64,000 nucleotides of DNA from Octopus vulgaris (taxonomy: Eukaryota), in the NCBI GenBank assembly GCA_951406725.2, contig OX597843.1, positions 1,550,001 through 1,614,000 on the forward strand, given 5' to 3'. The translations under genes and the position numbers were made by a program. The notes beneath the pieces are model-generated. The model worked only from the letters and a program-made list of their open reading frames with translations, had not been told where the DNA came from and searched no databases. Below are positions 57,073 to 64,000 of the stretch, piece by piece (the stretch's first letter is position 1; each line of letters opens with the position of its first letter).

Positions 57073-57118
57073 GCTGTGGTGGCCGAGTGGTTAAGGTGTT
57101 GGACTTGAAATCCAATGG
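57073..57118 (+). pseudogene. 5' half of tRNA-Ser(TGA), truncated by the satellite
   Basis: gctgtggtggccgagtggttaaggtgttggacttgaaatccaatgg|ctgtgtggaaccacatg. Confidence 0.9.
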
Positions 57119-59259
57119 CTGTGTGGAACCACATGATTCCGGGTCAATACTGGGCTTACAAAAGAATAATTCCTGGAGTCGAGTTGCTCGATTAAAGCGC
57201 TAAAGTGTGAATGCGCATGCGCGAAAAAGTGTGAGTGCGCATGCGCGAACGTGTGACTGCGCATGCGCGAACGTGTGACTGCGCATGCGCAAAATTGTAA
57301 CTGCGCATGCGCGAACGTGTGACTGCGAATGCGCAAAAGTGTAACTGCGCATGCGCGAAAGTGTGAGTGCGCATGCGCGAAAGTGTGAGTGCGCATGTGC
57401 GAAGGTGCGACTGCGCATGCGCGAACGTGTGACTGCGCATGCGCGGAGGTGTAAGTGCGCATGCGCGAAAGTGCGACTGCGCATGCGTTAACGTGTGACT
57501 GCTAATGCGCGAAAGTGTGAGTGCGCATGCGCGAAAGTTTTACTGCGCATGCGCGAAAGTGTGAGTGCGCATGCGCGAAAGTTTAACTGCGCATGCGCGA
57601 AAGTGTGACTGCGCATGCGTCAATGTGTGACTGCGCATGCGCGAACGTGTGACTGCGCATGCGCGAAAATGTGAGTGCGCATGCGCGAAGGTGCAACTGC
57701 GCATGGCCGCAGTGAAATGACTGAAACAGAGTAAAGAGAGTATATACAGGCACAGGAATGACTGTGTGGAACCACATGATTCCGGGTTCAGTACTGGGCT
57801 TACAAAAGAATAAGTCCTGGAGTCGAGTTGCTCGATTAAAGACGGTGCTGCAGCATGGCCGCAGTGAAATGACAGAAACAGAGTAAAGAGAGTATATACA
57901 GGCACAGGAATGGCTGTGTGGAACCACATGATTCCGGGTTCAGTACTGGGCTTACAAAAGAATAAGTCCTGGAGTCGAGTTGCTCGATTAAAGGCGGTGC
58001 TCCAGCATGGCCGCAGTGAAATGACTGAAACAGAGTAAAGAGAGTATATACAGGCACAGGATTTGCTGTGTGGAACCACATGATTCCGGGTTCAGTACTG
58101 GGCTTACAAAAGAATAAGTCCTGGAGTCGAGTTGCTCGATTAAAGAAGGTGCTGCAGCATGGCCGCAGTGAAATGACTGAAACAGAGTAAAGAGAGTATA
58201 TACAGGCACAGGAATGGCTGTGTGGAACCACATGATTCCGGGTTCAGTACTGGGCTTACAAAATAATAAGTCCTGGAGTCGAGTTGCTCGATTAAAGGCG
58301 GTGCGACTGCGCATGGCCGCAGTGAAATGACTGAAACAGAGTAAAGAGAGTATATACAGGCACAGGAATGGCTGTGTGGAACCACATGATTCCGGGTTCA
58401 GTACTGGGCTTACAAAAGAATAAGTCCTGGAGTCGAGTTGCTCGATTAAAGGCGGTGCTGCAGCATGGCCGCAGTGAAATGACTGAAACAGAGTAAAGAG
58501 AGTATATACAGGCACAGGAATGGCTGTGTGGAACCACATGATTCCGGGTCCAGTACTGGGCTTACAAAATAATAAGTCCTGGAGTCGAGTTGCTCGATTA
58601 AAGGCGGTGCGACTGCGCATGGCCGCAGTGAAATGACTGAAACAGAGTAAAGAGAGTATATACAGGCACAGCATTTGCTGTGTGGAACAACATGATTCCG
58701 GGTTCAGTACTGGGCTTACAAAAGAATAAGTCCTGGAGTCGAGTTGCTCGATTAAAGAAGGTGCTCCAGCATGGCCACAGTGAAATGACTGAAACAGAGT
58801 AAGAGAGTATATACAGGCACAGGAATGGCTGTGTGGAACCACATGATTCCGGGTCCAGTACTGGGCTTACAAAATAATAAGTCCTGGAGTCGAGTTGCTC
58901 GATTAAAGGCGGTGCGACTGCGCATGGCCGCAGTGAAATGACTGAAACAGAGTAAAGAGAGTATATACAGGCACAGGAATGGCTGTGTGGAACCACATGA
59001 TTCCGGGTTCAGTACTGGGCTTACAAAAGAATAAGTCCTGGAGTCGAGTTGCTCGATTAAAGGCGGTGCTGCGCATGGCCGCAGTGAAATGACTGAAACA
59101 GAGTAAAGAGAGTATATACAGGCACAGGAATGGCTGTGTGGAACCACATGATTCCGGGTTCAGTACTGGGCTTACAAAAGAATAAGTCCTGGAGTCGAGT
59201 TGCTCGATTAAAGGCGGTGCAGCATGGCCGCAGTGAAATGACTGAAACAGAGTAAAGAG
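57114..59259 (+). repeat. Second locus of the composite satellite (22-mers ~57200-57700; 152-mers ~57700-59259)
   Basis: Same monomers and orientation as 1-7357; runs into the gap. Confidence 0.95.
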
Positions 59260-59359
59260 NNNNNNNNNNNNNNNNNNNNNNNNNNNNNNNNNNNNNNNNN
59301 NNNNNNNNNNNNNNNNNNNNNNNNNNNNNNNNNNNNNNNNNNNNNNNNNNNNNNNNNNN
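59260..59359. other. Assembly gap (100 N)
   Basis: Run of N. Confidence 0.99.
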
Positions 59360-59554
59360 ATACACCTTTATGTATAAACACACTATTTATATATATATAT
59401 ATACATATACACACACATACAATCCTGTGCTCTCTCGTACGTAGGGGAATCTATACACGTTAATTTAGAGAAACTGCTATCTCTTTCCATGCGTGTGTAC
59501 ATGTGTGTGTGTGTATATATATATGTGTGTGTGTGTGTGTATGTATGTGTATAT

Positions 59555-59609
59555 AGATAGACAGACAGGTAGACAGGTAGATATATATAGAGAGAGAGAG
59601 AGACATAGA

Positions 59610-59690
<81 letters not shown>

Positions 59691-59736
59691 TGGTAGATGG
59701 CTGGATAGATAGATAGACAGATATATAGATAGATAA

Positions 59737-59784
<48 letters not shown>

Positions 59785-59810
59785 ACAGACAGATAGATAG
59801 ATAAACAGAC

Positions 59811-59882
<72 letters not shown>

Positions 59883-59889
59883 TGATATG

Positions 59890-59930
<41 letters not shown>

Positions 59931-59937
59931 TGATATG

Positions 59938-59996
<59 letters not shown>

Positions 59997-60165
59997 ACAG
60001 ACAGATAGATAGAGAGATAGATAGATTGATAAACAGACAGATAGATAGAGAGATAGATAGATTGATAAACAGACAGATAGATAGAGAGATAGATAGATTG
60101 ATAAACAGACAGATAGATAGAGAGATAGACAGATAGATAAACAGACAGATAGATAGACAGAGAGC
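59555..60165 (+). repeat. (GATA)n microsatellite with 36-bp higher-order variants
   Basis: Direct reading; attgataaacagacagatagatagagagatagatag repeated at ~60025-60130. Confidence 0.95.
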
Positions 60166-60486
60166 GATACCACTTATGATACAAATGGTCGAGAATTTCA
60201 GCAAGTCCTAAATTTAACGGCTACACGGAAAGAAATCTCTGACAAACATGGATTATTGAATAACTTGCCTTGCAAGCGTGTATGTATACAACTGTCTGCT
60301 TGCATGCGTGCACACACACACACACCTACATATATACATGCAAGCTATTCTGCAATCAAGATTACACATTAAGCGTGTGATTATACATTATGTGTGTGTG
60401 TGTGTGCATGCGTATATATCTAGAGATAAATATACACACAAATATATATGTATATCTTTCTCACTTTCTCTGAAATATATATATAC

Positions 60487-60551
<65 letters not shown>

Positions 60552-60693
60552 CGTTATTCAAGAAGCAAAATTTCCAATTCTGCCGCGTATATTTACAGAC
60601 AGATAGATAGATACACAAAGCTCTCTCTTTCTATGTGTGTGTGTGTATATATCTATATATATACACACACACACACGCGCGTTATTTAGAATC

Positions 60694-60752
<59 letters not shown>

Positions 60753-60779
60753 TTTTCGAAATCAAGATTATATATTATG

Positions 60780-60811
<32 letters not shown>

Positions 60812-60945
60812 CATATGCATATATATATATATATACATGTTTTTCGAAATCAAGATTATAGATTATGCGAATGTGTATATATGTGTATATATATATATAC
60901 ATGTTTTTCGAAATCAAAATTATAGATTATGCGTATGTGTGTATA

Positions 60946-60978
<33 letters not shown>

Positions 60979-60980
60979 GC

Positions 60981-61023
<43 letters not shown>

Positions 61024-61029
61024 TATATA

Positions 61030-61152
<123 letters not shown>

Positions 61153-61214
61153 GCATATATATATATATATGCATATATATATATATATGCATATATATAT
61201 ATATATACATACAC

Positions 61215-61249
<35 letters not shown>

Positions 61250-61876
61250 TAGGTAGCTGGATATTCCACACGCACGTGTTTCTGTACGGTTTTCCTAACA
61301 TAGAATCAAAGGCGATAGAATGCGTGGAGACAGTTCCAATGAACGGTTTTTCAAGCGCATTCACTCTTTCCGACGGGCTTCCATAGTTTTTCCCCCATAT
61401 CGCCGAATTCCAGGTCAAACGCGTATTACGTTTGTTTATTTTTAGCCCCTCTCCCCATGACCATCACCCCCGTCTTGTTCAAGAATTTTTTGGGGGTCTT
61501 TTTTTTTTTTTAATACTTAAGAAACGAATAGTAATCGGGGAATCAAGAGTTCTAAACTGCTAATTATTCATTATTTAATAAAACGTTTAAAATAGAAAAC
61601 ACAACGGTGACGAGTGGAGGTTTGCTTTCTTCAATTTATATAAACTTATTCCATTCTGCATCCCGGGTGCATTGTAGGAACATTGAAGGAAAATCTACCC
61701 GATCCTGTTATCAGGCACATAGACGCATACATACGAAGACACCCGCCAAATTCTTGGTCTTTGTGAGAGACGGAACTTGAGCTAAATAAATGTTTTATTC
61801 TAAATTTACAACTTATTAATATTATTATTATTATTATTATTATTATTATGCCTGTTTTTTTTTCTTTTTAGATTTA

Positions 61877-61921
<45 letters not shown>

Positions 61922-62314
61922 CTATCTTCGACTGTAATAAGAACCCGAAATTTAAAATCAGTTTTGAGAGAGAAAAATATATTTACATATACGTAAATAT
62001 AAGCCGGTGGTAACGACCTCGACTGGGTTACAAGCAGGGAACATAAATAATAATACTAAAGAAACTGGGAGAAGAGAAAAAAAAAGGCTTGTTAGCTAAT
62101 GAAATACCAGACCAAGTATTTTTGTTGCGACGACAACATGAAGTCGACCCGTCGCCCTAATTTAAGGGAGAAAATTTTGGTGGAGGTAAAAAGAGAAGAA
62201 AAAGAGGGTGTGGACAACTGAGATGAAGGGCGACAGACGAAGATACGGGAAAGGAGGGATTAGGCTGTTGTTTCTAGCAGTAAAAAATGATTACATAAGA
62301 AAAACAAAACACAT

Positions 62315-62365
<51 letters not shown>

Positions 62366-62512
62366 TATAAAAGAAGAAATGAGGTACTTAGAAAATTGGA
62401 TGGTTTTATATTTACAGATATTTATTTGTATATTACATTTTTATACGTCATATAACTTAGATCATGTATTAGCCCTTATATATATACATGCATATATATA
62501 TATATATATACA

Positions 62513-62550
<38 letters not shown>

Positions 62551-62670
62551 CGCTAATACATGATCTAAGTTATATGATGTATAAAAAATGTAATATACAA
62601 ATAAATATCTGTAAATATATATATATATATATATTATCTGATGTATAAAAAACATGTAATATACAAATAA

Positions 62671-62726
<56 letters not shown>

Positions 62727-62807
62727 TATAAAAACATGTAATATACAAATAAATATCTGTAAATATAAAACCATCCGAATTTCTGAGTACCTCATTTCTT
62801 CTAATAT

Positions 62808-62872
<65 letters not shown>

Positions 62873-62995
62873 TATATACATATATATATACATATATATA
62901 TACATATATATATACATATACATATATATATATACATATATATATACATATATATATATATACATATATATACATATATATATAGATATATATAT

Positions 62996-63036
<41 letters not shown>

Positions 63037-63059
63037 TACATATATATATACATATATAC

Positions 63060-63102
<43 letters not shown>

Positions 63103-63707
63103 GTGTGAAAGACTTAAACATGAGCCCCTGGTCATAGCTTAACGCGAGCACCTTCCCAAAGACAGAGGTGGGAGTTAATTGCATAAATATCCACAGAAAA
63201 AAAAACCAATGATTAAAAATAAATCCTTACAATAATAATAATAATAATAATAATGAACGGATAAATAAAAAAAAGAGGCAAAGTAAGAATACTTACTACA
63301 TGCATCCAGTTAGAATCTCTGTAAGCTGTATGTATATATATGTGTGTATATGCGCGTGTGCGAATGCGCGAGTGTGTGCGTGTACATTCACGCACTTGCT
63401 GTGTGTTTTCCTTTTTTTCGTTTTTGCTTCGCTTAGTCCGTGTACATCTTCTTAATTTTTACAACAGCGGCAGTAAAAGTGTCTTAGTATTACTAGTATT
63501 AACCAATAACTATTATTATTATTACTAATTACTAATTAATTAGTAAAAAACAAACGATGGTTGTTTTCTTTCTCTCTCTCCCACTCTCTCTCTCTCCTTC
63601 TTTTCCCCGAACACGGTGAACATGAACAAATGGTTTATAACAGTGAACAGTTAACTTCTCTTCGGAATAAGTTAGCGTCAGTCAACACGCACATATTATA
63701 TACACAT

Positions 63708-63760
<53 letters not shown>

Positions 63761-64000
63761 TGTGCGTGTGTGTAGATGTGGTGATCTTATCTCTCAATAT
63801 TCACAGGCGAACAACGTGAAGACTGAAGCAAGCTAGAGATGACAGGATCATCGACTGTATATATATGTGTGTATAATTGTATATACACACATATATATGC
63901 GTGCGTATATATGTATATACAGTCTTAACTTCTGAGCCACTCTCCTGCAACATACATACACAGAACGTCAATCAGTCCGGCTGACTGCCTGTTCGAAAGT

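Noticed and set aside
61250-64000. Possible exons or promoter in the unique DNA after the gap
   Set aside because: No convincing ORF, splice pattern or recognisable homology from sequence alone.

Overview
Eukaryotic, repeat-dominated DNA, most likely from an octopus (inferred from recognisable octopus-type SINE families and microsatellite load). No intact host protein-coding gene is supported; nearly all ORFs in the track are repeat translations. Layout: (1) 1-11.77 kb and 57.1-59.26 kb hold a composite higher-order satellite. It alternates a ~152-bp monomer (an internally deleted SINE, head fused to tail) with a 22-bp minisatellite whose core is the palindrome GCGCATGCGC (NRF1/EWG-type motif), and includes a 4.3-kb inverted block. 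(2) 11.5-20.6 kb is a 3 x ~3.03-kb tandem duplication carrying Helitrons and SINEs. (3) 21-28 kb holds a decayed RTE LINE with a 77-bp flanking duplication, a deleted mariner, and a DD41D element nested in a second mariner. (4) 28.8-30.3 kb has microsatellites and a 70-bp hairpin-rich GC minisatellite. (5) 30.7-46.8 kb is a 16-kb 29-bp AT-rich satellite with many strand flips, bracketed by direct repeats. (6) 48.4-57.1 kb is a tRNA-Ser(TGA) cluster (9 full-length, 1 degenerate, 1 truncated and fused to the satellite). (7) A 100-N gap and microsatellite-rich DNA follow. The most interesting candidate system is the SINE/NRF1-motif composite satellite, apparently seeded from a Helitron and abutting a tRNA gene array, possibly a (peri)centromeric or chromatin-boundary domain. 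That function is inference only.
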